From NCBI GenBank assembly GCA_965232515.1, contig CBDDPY010000002.1:992001-1056000 (forward strand): a DNA stretch of 64,000 nt, given 5' to 3'. The notes below the pieces were generated by a model. That model had not been told where the DNA came from. It ran no database searches and saw only the letters and a list, made by a program, of their open reading frames with translations. Each line of letters starts with the position of its first letter. Positions within the stretch are counted from its first letter, which is position 1. Origin of the DNA: Alphaproteobacteria bacterium. GTDB taxonomy: Bacteria > Pseudomonadota > Alphaproteobacteria > GCA-2731375. Both the position numbers and the translations under genes were made by a program. Positions 28,284-39,067 of this stretch are shown in pieces.

Positions 28284-28607
28284 ATGAAGGCGATCATTTA
28301 TCAACCGGCACGAACGGCGATGCAGTCGGGACGCGCCAAGACGAAGGACTGGCTGATCCAATTCGATCAGGAGGCGGCCCGCAAGATCGACCCTCTGATG
28401 GGCTGGACGTCGTCGGCCGATACCAAGCAGCAACTGCAGCTGCGTTTCGACAGCCGCGATGCCGCCATAGCTTTCTGTGACAAGCATGGCCTGCCGTACG
28501 ATGTCCGGGAGCCGCACAAACGCAAGGTACGGCCAAAGTCCTACGCGGAGAATTTCAGCTATTATTCGGTCCGTGGTCCCGGCACCACGCCGCTTCCGCG
28601 CCCTTAG
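28284..28607 (+). CDS. ETC complex I accessory subunit (NDUFS4-like)
   Basis: IYQPAR.AMQSG, DPLMGWTSS.D..QQ..L.F, SYA.NF. Confidence 0.92.
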   Translation: MKAIIYQPARTAMQSGRAKTKDWLIQFDQEAARKIDPLMGWTSSADTKQQLQLRFDSRDAAIAFCDKHGLPYDVREPHKRKVRPKSYAENFSYYSVRGPGTTPLPRP

Positions 28608-28674
28608 CTCAGCTGGATAGAGCAGCTGCCTTCTAAGCAGCAGGTCGCAGGTTCGAGTCCTGCAGGGCGCGCCA
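28598..28674 (+). tRNA. tRNA-Arg (TCT)
   Basis: GCGCCCTTAGCTCAGCTGGATAGAGC, anticodon loop CTTCTAA, GGTTCGAGTCC, GGGCGCGCCA; 77 nt. Confidence 0.97.
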
Positions 28675-28729
28675 CTCCTCGCACATCTGACGGCGGACAA
28701 GCGTCGACGGGTTGCGCCGTCCCTCTACA

Positions 28730-28975
28730 TCAGAGCAATGCGGCGTCGAACCACACCTTCGGTTCCTCGGCGCCAACGCTGAAGCGCCAGTCCCAGGTAG
28801 GGCGCGACCACCGGACACAGCGCGGCGAAGTCTCTGACCCGCACGACATTGACGAAGCCGATGTCGTCGGGATCGGCATCGCCGGTCCAGATATGCCAAC
28901 CCGTTTCCTTGTCCGTCGCCGCGTGCCGCAACCCATGAACGACATCGCTCTGTCCGGACGGCCGAGCCCTCTCTG
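28730..28975 (-). pseudogene. Frameshifted, 5'-truncated immunity-protein (Imm33-like) remnant
   Basis: Frame A: VHGLRH....TGWHIWTG...LCP.V.PYLGL. Frame B continues WRFSVG.EE.KVWFDAALL*. Shift near 28790. Confidence 0.6.
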
Positions 28976-28997
28976 AGTGCGTGATTGCCGACGACGT

Positions 28998-31799
28998 TTA
29001 GAACTCTTCCCACTCGTCGTCCGCTTCGGCGACCGCCGCGGCGGCCGCGCCGCCGCCACCGCCGACCGCGGCCACCTTGGTCGCGATCGTCTGCTGCTGC
29101 TGATGCACGGGGTTCGGCGCGGCGGCCGGCGCGGGGGCAGGGGCCGCGTCCAGGCCCAGCTCGTCCTCCGCCTCGCCGGTCCTGAAGAAGCTCACCAGCT
29201 TCTTCAGATCGTCGACCTGCGCCGTCGTCGAGTGCAGCGCCGCCGTGGTCTCTTCCACCAGGGCCGCGTTCTGCTGCGTCATCTCGTCCATGTTCGAGAC
29301 CGCCGTGCCGACCTCGTCCAGGCCGGAGGCCTGTTCCTTGCTGGCCGCGGCGATGTCCGAGATGATGTCCGCCACCTTCTTCACCGAAGTGACGATCTCC
29401 TCCAGCGAGGTGCCGGCCTTCTGTACCAGGCCGACGCCGTCGCGAACCTGGCTGTCCGAGTTGCTGATCAGGTCCTTGATCTCCTTCGAGGCCTTGCCCG
29501 AGCGCTGGGCCAGGGCCCGGACTTCCGTCGCCACCACGGCGAAGCCCTTGCCGGCTTCGCCGGCGCGCGCCGCCTCGACCGCCGCGTTCAGCGCCAGCAG
29601 GTTGGTCTGGAAGGCGATCTCGTCGATCATGCTCATGATCTCGGTGATCTGCTTCGACGAGTCCTCGATCTTGCTCATGGCATCTACCGCCGAAGCGACC
29701 ACCTCACCGCCATTCGACGCCGCGTCGCGGGCCGCGACCGCCAGCTGATTGGCCTGCTGGGCATTGTCGGCGTTCTGACGCACCGTCGCCGACAGCTCCT
29801 CCATCGAGGCCGCGGTCTCCTCCAGCGACGAGGCCTGCTGCTCGGTGCGCGACGAGAGATCCCCGGCGCCCGACGCGATCTCGGACGTCGCGTCGCTGAC
29901 CGTGCCGGTCGCCGCCACAATGCGCTTGGCGATGCCGCCGATCTTCTCGGCCATCTGGTTCGAGTCGCCCTTCAGCTTGGCGAAGGTGCCCTGGTAGTCG
30001 CCTTCGATACGCTGGGTCAGGTCGCCCTGCGCCATCGCCGACATCACCGAGACCGTCTCGTTCAGGCCCCGGTCGACGGTGCCGACCAGCTGGTTCATGC
30101 CCTTGGCCAGCTCCAGCATGAAGCCCTGCTTGCCGGTCTCCTCCAGCCGCCGGCTGAAGTCGCCCGCGCCCGCCGCCGTCACCAGATCCGCGACCTCGTC
30201 CTCGACCGCCAGCTGCGCCGTCACGTCGGTCCACTCGACCGAGGTCCCGGCCCGCTCGCCGCCCGGTCCGAACACCGGCGTCACGATCAGATCGAAGGTC
30301 AGGCCGGCGACCGAGACCCGGCCGTTGTACGGCGCCTTCAGGCCGTCCAGCAGATTGCGCTGGTGCGACGGGTTCTTGTGGAACACGTCGATGTTGGTGC
30401 CGACCAGATTGTTCAGGTCGAACGCCGGCAGCTCCTGGCGGATGTCCGACTCCCGCGTCCGCATCAGATCGACCAGCGCCTTGTTGGCGTAGACGATGTT
30501 GTAGTCGGCGTCCGCGATCATGAAGTTGGTCGACGCCGCGTCGAGCGTCGACTTCGCCCGCGCCATCTCTTCCTCTGTGACCAGCTTCTCGGTCACGTCC
30601 ATCCACTGCACAGAGGTGGCGATCCGCTCGCCCTGCTCGTTGAAGGCCGGCGTCACCACCAGATCGAAGGTCACCCCGCCGATCGTCAGGCGGCCCTCGT
30701 GCGGCTGCCGCAGCCCGGCCAGGATGCCGCGCTGGTGCGCCGGGTTCTTGTGGAAGACGTCGATGTTGGTGCCGACCAGGTTCTTGGCGTCGAGGTTCGG
30801 CAGGTCCTGCCGCATCTCCGCCTCGCGGCTTTCGAACAGCTCGTGCGCCGACTTGTTCATGTAGACGATGTTGTAGTCGGCGTCCGCGATCATGAAGCTC
30901 GCCGACGCGTTGTCCAGCGCCGAGCGCGCCTGCGCCGCCTGCGAGCCGATCATCCGGATCTTGTCCAGAGAACGGGCGATATCGCCGATCTCATCTTTGT
31001 TGTCCAAGCCGGGCAACTCGGCATTGATGTCGCCGCCCGCCATTTGACCGATGCTGCCGACCATGACCTGCAGCGGACGGCTGACCGAGCGCGTCATGAA
31101 GAACGCCACAATCACGCCGAACAGCAGGCCGCCACCGGCGATGCTCATGATCAGTGTGAGCGCGAACCGCTCGTGCGCCAGGGCGGTCCTGGCCGCGTGT
31201 TCGGTAAAGCTGGCAACCTCGTCGACCAGGGCTTCCAGCTCGTGATCCAGCTTGTCGGCTTCCGCCTCGACCTTTCCGGCCAGCTTGATGGCCTTCTCGA
31301 CCTGCCCGGTCTCCAGCAGGCCGAACACCTCCACGGCGTGCTCGTCGAAGCTCTTATGCGCGATCTCGATCGCCTTCAGGGCACTGGCGACTTTCGCGAA
31401 CTCCGCCCGCACCTCGTCCGTATGCGCATGCTCGACACCGGCTTCCGCCATATGCTCCAGTTCAAGCAACTCGCCGTCCACCTTGTGGCCAAGTTCGCTG
31501 AAGTGTTTGCGCGACTCGTTGAAGTGCGCGACGGCCTCGCTGTGCGACTGCATCTCCTCGCCGTAACGCAAGGCGCGTTCCATGGCGATCGTCTGCTCCA
31601 GCTGGTGCAACGTGACGTTTGTCAGACCGCGTGTCAGCGGGATGTCCTCTTCCGCGATGGTGGTCAGCTCATCGCCGATCTGTCCCATCTGAACGATGCC
31701 CACGGCCGCAATGGCGATGCCGACCGCCAGCAAAATGCCGGCAAGTCCGGCGATACGGGTGGAAATCTTCAGATTGGAGAGACTCAATAGCGCCTTCAT
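28998..31799 (-). CDS. Chemoreceptor MCP2: four-helix-bundle sensor plus shared PAS-PAS-MCP core, EWEEF tail
   Basis: ~150-aa helical periplasmic domain (EDIPLT..L...LHQLEQ); AGGAG RBS before ATG 31799. Confidence 0.93.
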   Translation of the reverse strand: MKALLSLSNLKISTRIAGLAGILLAVGIAIAAVGIVQMGQIGDELTTIAEEDIPLTRGLTNVTLHQLEQTIAMERALRYGEEMQSHSEAVAHFNESRKHFSELGHKVDGELLELEHMAEAGVEHAHTDEVRAEFAKVASALKAIEIAHKSFDEHAVEVFGLLETGQVEKAIKLAGKVEAEADKLDHELEALVDEVASFTEHAARTALAHERFALTLIMSIAGGGLLFGVIVAFFMTRSVSRPLQVMVGSIGQMAGGDINAELPGLDNKDEIGDIARSLDKIRMIGSQAAQARSALDNASASFMIADADYNIVYMNKSAHELFESREAEMRQDLPNLDAKNLVGTNIDVFHKNPAHQRGILAGLRQPHEGRLTIGGVTFDLVVTPAFNEQGERIATSVQWMDVTEKLVTEEEMARAKSTLDAASTNFMIADADYNIVYANKALVDLMRTRESDIRQELPAFDLNNLVGTNIDVFHKNPSHQRNLLDGLKAPYNGRVSVAGLTFDLIVTPVFGPGGERAGTSVEWTDVTAQLAVEDEVADLVTAAGAGDFSRRLEETGKQGFMLELAKGMNQLVGTVDRGLNETVSVMSAMAQGDLTQRIEGDYQGTFAKLKGDSNQMAEKIGGIAKRIVAATGTVSDATSEIASGAGDLSSRTEQQASSLEETAASMEELSATVRQNADNAQQANQLAVAARDAASNGGEVVASAVDAMSKIEDSSKQITEIMSMIDEIAFQTNLLALNAAVEAARAGEAGKGFAVVATEVRALAQRSGKASKEIKDLISNSDSQVRDGVGLVQKAGTSLEEIVTSVKKVADIISDIAAASKEQASGLDEVGTAVSNMDEMTQQNAALVEETTAALHSTTAQVDDLKKLVSFFRTGEAEDELGLDAAPAPAPAAAPNPVHQQQQTIATKVAAVGGGGGAAAAAVAEADDEWEEF

Positions 31800-32017
31800 T
31801 GCCAGACTCCTGACGTCAGCAACCCCCATTTGGTGAACATCGCGCCCGACGGCGCCCGCATGGCGGCGAGACCCAGGCGCCAGACGCCCGATCCCTTCAT
31901 GCGAAAATCCAATTCAATTTAATTAGATTTCTCTGAAATTTAGGTTAAGCACCTGTGTTAACTTCGCTTCCGATCCGACAATCGATCGTTGACCAATGTC
32001 GGGTCGACGGCCCTGGG

Positions 32018-35000
32018 CTAGAACTCTTCCCACTCGTCGTCCGCCTCGGCGACCGACGCGGCAGCCGCGCCGCCGCCACCGCCACCGCCGACAGCAGCCA
32101 CCTTGGTCGCAATCGTCTGCTGCTGCTGATGCACGGGGTTCGGCGCGGCGGCCGGCGCGGGGGCAGGGGCCGCGTCCAGGCCCAGCTCGTCCTCTTCGTC
32201 ACCGGTCTTGAAGAAGCTCACCAGCTTCTTCAGATCGTCGACCTGCGCCGTCGTCGAGTGCAGCGCCGCCGTGGTCTCTTCCACCAGGGCCGCGTTCTGC
32301 TGCGTCATCTCGTCCATGTTCGACACCGCCGTGCCGACCTCGTCCAGGCCGGACGCCTGTTCCTTGCTGGCCGCGGCGATGTCCGAGATGATGTCCGCCA
32401 CCTTCTTCACCGAAGTGACGATCTCCTCCAGGGACGTGCCGGCCTTCTGCACCAGCCCGACGCCGTCGCGCACCTGGCTGTCCGAATTGCTGATCAGGTC
32501 CTTGATCTCCTTCGAGGCCTTGCCCGAGCGTTGCGCCAGCGCACGGACCTCGGTGGCGACCACGGCGAAGCCTTTGCCGGCCTCGCCGGCGCGCGCCGCC
32601 TCGACCGCCGCGTTCAGCGCCAAGAGGTTGGTCTGGAAGGCGATCTCGTCGATCATGCTCATGATCTCGGTGATCTGCTTCGACGAGTCCTCGATCTTGC
32701 TCATGGCGTCCACCGCCGACGCCACGACCTCGCCGCCGTTCGACGCGGCATCCCGCGCCGCCACCGCCAGCTGATTGGCCTGCTGGGCGTTGTCGGCGTT
32801 CTGGCGCACCGTCGCCGACAGCTCCTCCATCGAGGCCGCGGTCTCCTCCAGCGACGAGGCCTGCTGCTCGGTGCGCGACGACAGGTCGCCGGCGCCCGAT
32901 GCGATCTCCGATGTGGCGTCGCTCACCGTGCCGGTGGCCGCGACGATCCGCTTGGCGATGCCGCCGATCTTCTCGGCCATCTGGTTCGAGTCACCCTTCA
33001 GCTTGGCGAAGGTGCCCTGGTAGTCGCCTTCGATACGCTGGGTCAGATCGCCCTGGGCCATCGCCGACATCACCGAGACCGTCTCGTTCAGGCCCCGGTC
33101 CACCGTGCCGACCAGCTGGTTCATGCCCTTGGCCAGCTCCAGCATGAAGCCCTGCTTGCCGGTCTCCTCCAGCCGCCGGCTGAAGTCGCCGGCGCCCGCC
33201 GCCGTCACCAGGTCCGCGACCTCGTCCTCGACCGCCAGCTGCGCCGTCACGTCGGTCCACTCGACCGAGGTCCCGGCCCGCTCGCCGCCCGGCCCGAACA
33301 CCGGCGTCACGATCAGGTCGAAGGTCAGGCCCGCGACCGAGACCCGGCCGTTATACGGTCCCTTCAGGCCGTCCAGCAGATTGCGCTGGTGCGACGGGTT
33401 CTTGTGGAACACGTCGATGTTGGTGCCGACCAGATTGTTCAGATCGAAGGCCGGCAGTTCCTGGCGGATGTCTGACTCGCGGCTGCGCATCAACTCGACC
33501 AGCGCCTTGTTGACGTAGACGATGTTGTAGTCGGCATCCGCGATCATGAAGTTCGTCGAGGCCGCGTCGAGCGTCGACTTGGCCCGCGCCATCTCTTCCT
33601 CGGTGACCAGCTTCTCGGTCACGTCCATCCACTGCACCGAGGTGGCGATGCGCTCGCCCTGGTCGTTGAAGGCCGGCGTCACCACCAGATCGAAGGTCAC
33701 GCCGCCGATCGTCAGACGGCCCTGATGCGGCTGCCGGAGGCCCGCCAGGATGCCGCGCTGATGCGCCGGGTTCTTGTGGAACACGTCGATGTTGGTGCCG
33801 ATCAGGTTCCTGGCATCGAGGTTCGGCAGGTCCTGCCGCATCTCCGCTTCGCGGCTCTCGAACAGCTCGTGCGCCGACCTGTTCATGTAGACGATGTTGT
33901 AATCGGCGTCCGCGATCATGAAGCTCGCAGACGCGTTGTCCAGCGCCGAGCGCGCCTGCGCCGCTTCTCTGCCGATTTCCCGGATCTTGTCGAGCGAACG
34001 GGCCAATTCGCCCAGCTCGTCCTTGTTGTCCATACCGGGCAGGACGACGTTCATGTCGCCGCCGGCCAACAGGCCGACGCCATCGGCGATGCTGGCGATC
34101 GGCCGGCTGATGCTTCGGGCGATCGTCCGCATCATCAGCATCAAGACCAACAAAACCAGACCGTAGCCGACCGCCATCGCCAGCAGCAGGTTTGTCGCGG
34201 CGCTCTGGTGGGAATCGGCCACATGCAGCAGGTCGGCGGCGACGCGGTCCTCCAACGCCTTCAGGACGTTGATTTTCTGCGTGATGGCATCGAACCAGAA
34301 ACCGCCTTGGATACCTTGCGTATCGCCGCTGTCGACGCTTGCGATCGCGATGTCGCGCAGCCGTTGAACTTCCTTCGCTTCCGGGCCGTTCAGCGCCGCG
34401 GTCAGCTGCTCGCCTTCGGCCGGTGTCGCAAACCGCACAAAGCTGTCGAAATAGGCCTGTTGTTGCGCGATCAGGCTGACAAAGCGCTGATAGACCGCCG
34501 GCTTGAATTGTCCGCCGCTGAAGCCGGCGGCGCCCATGGCGCGCTCGATGCCGGCGCGCTCCTTGCCTTGCAGCAGGCTGACATAGGCGTTGATCGTCGC
34601 CGTCACCTCCGGATCGGTGCTGAGCGCCGCCATCTCCTCGACGATGTCGAGCAGGCCTGCGATCGTTCCGGTGTAGTAGCCGGCCATCTGGGGCACCGAA
34701 ATCTGGAGACCGTCGATCTTGCCGCGCACGCCGGACAACTCGGCCAGGCGCGCGCTGGCTTTCCGGACCAAATCGGCGAAGTCCGGGCCAAATACAGCCG
34801 CGTCGAAGCCTTGCAGCGAAGCTTCGTATACCTCGCGCTTGCCGTTGGTTGCCTGCCGCTGGCCGCCGATGCGATCGGCGAACTTCTTGCCTTGGCTCGA
34901 CAGGAAACCCGCCGACATGCCGCGCTCTTTCTGCAGCTCATGCACGACCGCGCTGATCTCGGTGCCGAGATGCGCCAACGTCCCGATGCGGGTGGCTTCG

Positions 35001-35122
35001 TTCGACCGGTCCCAATTCTCGAAAACGGACTGGCCAACCAGGAACACCATCACGATGATCGGCAGCACCGCGGCCAGGGTCAGTCGCGTGGCGATCTTCA
35101 TATTGCTTATCAATGTCGTCAC
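32018..35122 (-). CDS. Chemoreceptor MCP3: NIT (nitrate/nitrite-sensing) domain plus shared core, EWEEF tail
   Basis: [12 protein letters not shown] and [12 protein letters not shown] motifs; WFD..T.KI..L. Confidence 0.93.
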   Translation of the reverse strand: MTTLISNMKIATRLTLAAVLPIIVMVFLVGQSVFENWDRSNEATRIGTLAHLGTEISAVVHELQKERGMSAGFLSSQGKKFADRIGGQRQATNGKREVYEASLQGFDAAVFGPDFADLVRKASARLAELSGVRGKIDGLQISVPQMAGYYTGTIAGLLDIVEEMAALSTDPEVTATINAYVSLLQGKERAGIERAMGAAGFSGGQFKPAVYQRFVSLIAQQQAYFDSFVRFATPAEGEQLTAALNGPEAKEVQRLRDIAIASVDSGDTQGIQGGFWFDAITQKINVLKALEDRVAADLLHVADSHQSAATNLLLAMAVGYGLVLLVLMLMMRTIARSISRPIASIADGVGLLAGGDMNVVLPGMDNKDELGELARSLDKIREIGREAAQARSALDNASASFMIADADYNIVYMNRSAHELFESREAEMRQDLPNLDARNLIGTNIDVFHKNPAHQRGILAGLRQPHQGRLTIGGVTFDLVVTPAFNDQGERIATSVQWMDVTEKLVTEEEMARAKSTLDAASTNFMIADADYNIVYVNKALVELMRSRESDIRQELPAFDLNNLVGTNIDVFHKNPSHQRNLLDGLKGPYNGRVSVAGLTFDLIVTPVFGPGGERAGTSVEWTDVTAQLAVEDEVADLVTAAGAGDFSRRLEETGKQGFMLELAKGMNQLVGTVDRGLNETVSVMSAMAQGDLTQRIEGDYQGTFAKLKGDSNQMAEKIGGIAKRIVAATGTVSDATSEIASGAGDLSSRTEQQASSLEETAASMEELSATVRQNADNAQQANQLAVAARDAASNGGEVVASAVDAMSKIEDSSKQITEIMSMIDEIAFQTNLLALNAAVEAARAGEAGKGFAVVATEVRALAQRSGKASKEIKDLISNSDSQVRDGVGLVQKAGTSLEEIVTSVKKVADIISDIAAASKEQASGLDEVGTAVSNMDEMTQQNAALVEETTAALHSTTAQVDDLKKLVSFFKTGDEEDELGLDAAPAPAPAAAPNPVHQQQQTIATKVAAVGGGGGGGAAAASVAEADDEWEEF

Positions 35123-35450
35123 AACGGCACCTTGAAATGCTTTTGTTTGCCCTGCCGCGCCGCGTCCTTGTCAATCAGACCGGGTGACGGCGAGCGTTTC
35201 GTATCGCTCGAATTCGAGCCCAAGGTGCCAATGCGATCTAAAAAATCTCTAAAAATCTCAAAATACCGGATTGTCTAATATTTATGGCCTGCAGGAGCAG
35301 TTTTGCGCCTGTAACAGGATCAGAAGTTTTCGTCGAAGTGTTCCGGCCGCGGACGAGCGCCGATCCAACAAAAAGGCTGCTTCACCAATAGCGGATGAAA
35401 ACATACGGCCACCGTCTGGCCCCTCCACAAGCGCCCCTCGGAAGATGGCG

Positions 35451-35483
35451 AAAACCCGGCCACAGAGACCTGTAGCCGGGCTT
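35451..35483 (-). terminator. Hairpin downstream of MCP4
   Basis: AAACCCGGCCACAG-AGAC-CTGTAGCCGGGCTTT imperfect stem, similar to the hairpin after MCP1. Confidence 0.5.
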
Positions 35484-35509
35484 TGCTCAATCAAAGACGC
35501 CCGGCGGGA

Positions 35510-38302
35510 TCAGAACTCTTCCCAGTCGTCGTCGGCTGGTTCGGCGGCGGCCGCAGCCGCGCCGCCACCGCCGCCGACCGTGGCCACCTTGGTCTCCAGC
35601 TTTTTTTGCTGCCGGTGAACCGGATTGCCGCCGGCCGTCGCCAGGGCCGGGGCGGGGGCAGCATCGAGGTCCAACTCGCCCTCTTCCTCGCCGGTCTTGA
35701 AGAAGCGCACGAGCTTCTTCAGATCATCGGTCTGGCCGGTCATCGAATGCAGCGCCGCCGTGGTCTCCTCCACCAGGGCCGCGTTCTGCTGCGTCATCTC
35801 ATCCATGTTTGTCACCGCCGTACCGACCTCGTCGATCCCCGAGGCCTGCTCCTTGCTGGCCGCGGCAATATCCGAGATGATGTCCGCGACCTTCCTTACC
35901 GAGGTGACGATCTCTTCCAGGGACGTGCCGGCCTTCTGCACCAGCCCGACGCCGTCGCGGACCTGGCTGTCCGAGTTGCTGATCAGGTCCTTGATCTCTT
36001 TCGAGGCCCGGCCCGAGCGCTGCGCCAGGGCACGGACTTCCGTGGCGACAACGGCGAAGCCCTTGCCGGCCTCGCCGGCGCGCGCCGCCTCGACCGCCGC
36101 GTTCAAGGCCAAGAGGTTGGTCTGGAAGGCGATCTCGTCGATCATGCCCATGATCTCGGTGATCTGCTTGGACGAGTCCTCGATCTTGCCCATGGCGTCC
36201 ACCGCCGAGGCCACGACCTCGCCGCCGTTCGACGCCGCGTCGCGGGCGGCGACGGCAAGCTGATTGGCCTGCTGGGCGTTGTCGGCGTTCTGGCGCACCG
36301 TCGCCGACAGCTGCTCCATCGAAGCCGCGGTCTCTTCCAGCGACGAGGCCTGCTGCTCGGTGCGCGACGACAGGTCGCCGGCGCCGGCCGCGATCTCGGC
36401 GTTGGCATCGCTGACCGTACCCGTTGCCGCGACGATCCGCTTGGCGATGCCGCTGATCTTCTCGGCCATTTGGTTCGAGTCGTCCTTGAGCTTCAGGAAG
36501 GTGCCCCGATAGTCGCCTTCGATGCGCCGGGTCAGGTCGCCCTGGGCCATCGCCGACATCACCGACACCGTCTCGTTCAGACCGCGGTCGACGGTGGCGA
36601 CCAACTCGTTCATGCCCTTTGCCAGCTCCAGCATGAAGCCCTGCTTGCCGTCTTCGGCCAGCCGCCGGCTGAAGTCGCCGGCGCCCGCCGAGGCAACAAG
36701 GCCAGCCACTTCTTCCTCGACCGCCAGCTGCGCCGTTATGTCGGTCCACTCGACGGAGGTGCCGACACGCTCGCCATCCGCACCGAAAACCGGCGTCAGG
36801 ACAAGATCGAAGGTCAGGCCGGCGACGGCGATACGGCTACGGTGCGTCAAGCGCAACCCCTCCAGGATGCCGCGCTGGTGCGACGGGTTCTTGTGGAACA
36901 CATCGATGTTGGTGCCGATCAGGGTGTTCAGATCGAAGGCCGGCAACTCCTTGCGGATGTCGCTCTCCCGACTGCGGAACAGCTCGATCAGGGCCTTGTT
37001 CACATAGACGATGTTGTAGTCGGCATCCGAGATCATGAAGTTGGTCGAGGAGCTGTCCATCGTCGCCTTGGCGCGCGCCGCCTCGGTCTCGATCGCCAGC
37101 TTTTCGGTAATGTCCGTCCATTGCACCGCGGTACCGATGCGCGCGCCGGTCGGACTGAAGGCCGGCGTCATCACCAGATCGAAAGTCAGACCGGCAATCG
37201 CCAGCCGGCTCTCATGCGGCTGTCTGAGACCGTCCAGAATGCCGCGCTGATGTGACGGGTTCTTGTGGAATACGTCGATGCTGGTGCCGATCAGGTTCTT
37301 CGCGTCCAGATTCGGCAACTGTTGCCGCAGCTCGGCCTCGCGGCGCTCGAACAGCCGGCGGGCGGCGTCGTTCGTATAGACAATATTGTAGTCGGCGTCC
37401 GCCATCATGAAGCAGGCCGACGCGCCCTCGAGCGCCGACTGCGAGCGGGCGGCGACAACCGCGCTATCTCGGAAAGCCGACAGAGCGCCGGCCATCTGAC
37501 CGATTTCGTCACCCCGGCCCAGACCGGCAATGTCGAAGTCGAAGTTGCCCCGGTCCATCTCGGCGAAATTCTCGGTCACGGCACCGATCGGCCGGACCGT
37601 CGAGCGAACCATGACCAGACCGGCAATCGCGCCGACGCTGACCGCCACGACCGACACCACCAACAGCATGATCAGGCCAGCCTTTTCGTCTCGCTCGGCC
37701 TTCAACGCCGACGCCGCGGTGAATTCGGCCAGTTCCAGCAGCTGCTCCTCGAGCCGGTGGTTCAAGGCGTCTTCCTCGGCCTCGACCTCAAGGGCGGCCT
37801 CGATCGCCCGGGCGACCTCACCGGCCTCGAGCATGGCGATAACGGCAAGCGCGTGTTCGTCGAAGCGGTCGTGCGCGACCGCGATTTCCCGCAAAGTCGT
37901 CGTCACACGAGCGAATTCGGCCTTTGCCGCCGCGCTGTGCGCCAGCGATTGAACCTCGCTCGCCAACACAGAAGCCTCACGCAGTTCCTTGTCGACCTGG
38001 GCGGCCAGTTCCTCGAAACGGTGCTTTGATTCCTTGAAGTGGCCGATGGCGTTCTCGTTGACCTGCATCTCCTCGCCGAACCGCAACGACCGCTCGAGCG
38101 CGATCGACTGCTCGAGCTGGTGAAGAGAGATTTTCATCAAGGCATTGGTAAGTGGAATGTCGACCTCGGCGACTTCCTCCAGCTCCAATCCGATCTTCTG
38201 CATCTTTGCGGCGCCAATCGTGGCAATGATCACGCTGATCGCCAGCAGACCGCCGATCAAGCCATAGAACTTCGTTGAAATCCTCACGTTCGAGAGGCGC
38301 AT
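35510..38302 (-). CDS. Chemoreceptor MCP4: four-helix-bundle sensor (paralogous to the MCP2 sensor) plus shared core, DWEEF tail
   Basis: VDIPLT..L..ISLHQLEQ...ER.LRFGEEMQ; two PAS domains; MCP signal domain. Confidence 0.93.
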   Translation of the reverse strand: MRLSNVRISTKFYGLIGGLLAISVIIATIGAAKMQKIGLELEEVAEVDIPLTNALMKISLHQLEQSIALERSLRFGEEMQVNENAIGHFKESKHRFEELAAQVDKELREASVLASEVQSLAHSAAAKAEFARVTTTLREIAVAHDRFDEHALAVIAMLEAGEVARAIEAALEVEAEEDALNHRLEEQLLELAEFTAASALKAERDEKAGLIMLLVVSVVAVSVGAIAGLVMVRSTVRPIGAVTENFAEMDRGNFDFDIAGLGRGDEIGQMAGALSAFRDSAVVAARSQSALEGASACFMMADADYNIVYTNDAARRLFERREAELRQQLPNLDAKNLIGTSIDVFHKNPSHQRGILDGLRQPHESRLAIAGLTFDLVMTPAFSPTGARIGTAVQWTDITEKLAIETEAARAKATMDSSSTNFMISDADYNIVYVNKALIELFRSRESDIRKELPAFDLNTLIGTNIDVFHKNPSHQRGILEGLRLTHRSRIAVAGLTFDLVLTPVFGADGERVGTSVEWTDITAQLAVEEEVAGLVASAGAGDFSRRLAEDGKQGFMLELAKGMNELVATVDRGLNETVSVMSAMAQGDLTRRIEGDYRGTFLKLKDDSNQMAEKISGIAKRIVAATGTVSDANAEIAAGAGDLSSRTEQQASSLEETAASMEQLSATVRQNADNAQQANQLAVAARDAASNGGEVVASAVDAMGKIEDSSKQITEIMGMIDEIAFQTNLLALNAAVEAARAGEAGKGFAVVATEVRALAQRSGRASKEIKDLISNSDSQVRDGVGLVQKAGTSLEEIVTSVRKVADIISDIAAASKEQASGIDEVGTAVTNMDEMTQQNAALVEETTAALHSMTGQTDDLKKLVRFFKTGEEEGELDLDAAPAPALATAGGNPVHRQQKKLETKVATVGGGGGAAAAAAEPADDDWEEF

Positions 38303-39067
38303 GGCATAACCCCCATCAATTCGAATTGAATGTCAGAAATCTCGTTTCGACGCGACGCCGGAACCGGCTCGGCTTTCGTCCGGGCGCCGGTTCGGCGGCT
38401 GTTCGTTTCTGCGACGAGAGGGGCCGACAGACGGCCTGGCGCTTGCAATTGCCGCAGTCGGCAACGCGCTCTGAACTGTCTTCCAGTTCGACATACGGCT
38501 ATGGACCCCCAGCATCGCCGGCCGGAACTGTTATGGCGGAAAGTCCGCCCATTCCGGATTGCGAGAACAACGCTGGGATAGTCCGAAAGCGGTGAACATA
38601 CGCTTAATGTTGTTCTGTTGTGTGAAATATAGATGCAACTTGCGGGTGGATTTTGACTCAAATCAAACGAGAAATACTTTATCAAGATACAATTTTACTT
38701 TGCTAGCAATCCCGCGACGCAATACTCGGATGACTCTTATCGAAGCCGAAACCGGCATGGCTCGCTCGGTCGGCTCTGCCATGAGAAAGCGGGGCGATCC
38801 CTTGACGACATGCCAACCCGGACGACGATCTTGCATCGATCGACAATCTGTTTTTGACGAACGATCAGTTTGTCAGCGTCGCATTGGACAAAGGTACGAT
38901 CGAACCATGCCATCGCCTTCAATTGGCCGATGCTGAAACACCAATCGGGTGCCAGCCCGAGATTGGGCGGTCTGCCGGAACGTGTCGTGAAGCCCCTACG
39001 GTCTCCTTTGGTTCGGCCGTCCGGTTAACTGGCCGCGCCCTTCGTTCTGAACGGCGCCTGAATAAGC

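Noticed and set aside
28977-37255. Long plus-strand ORFs (937, 506, 517 and 590 aa) antisense to the MCP genes
   Set aside because: Shadow ORFs caused by high-GC codon bias. They are Arg/Gly/His-rich, lack motifs and repeat only because the sense genes repeat.
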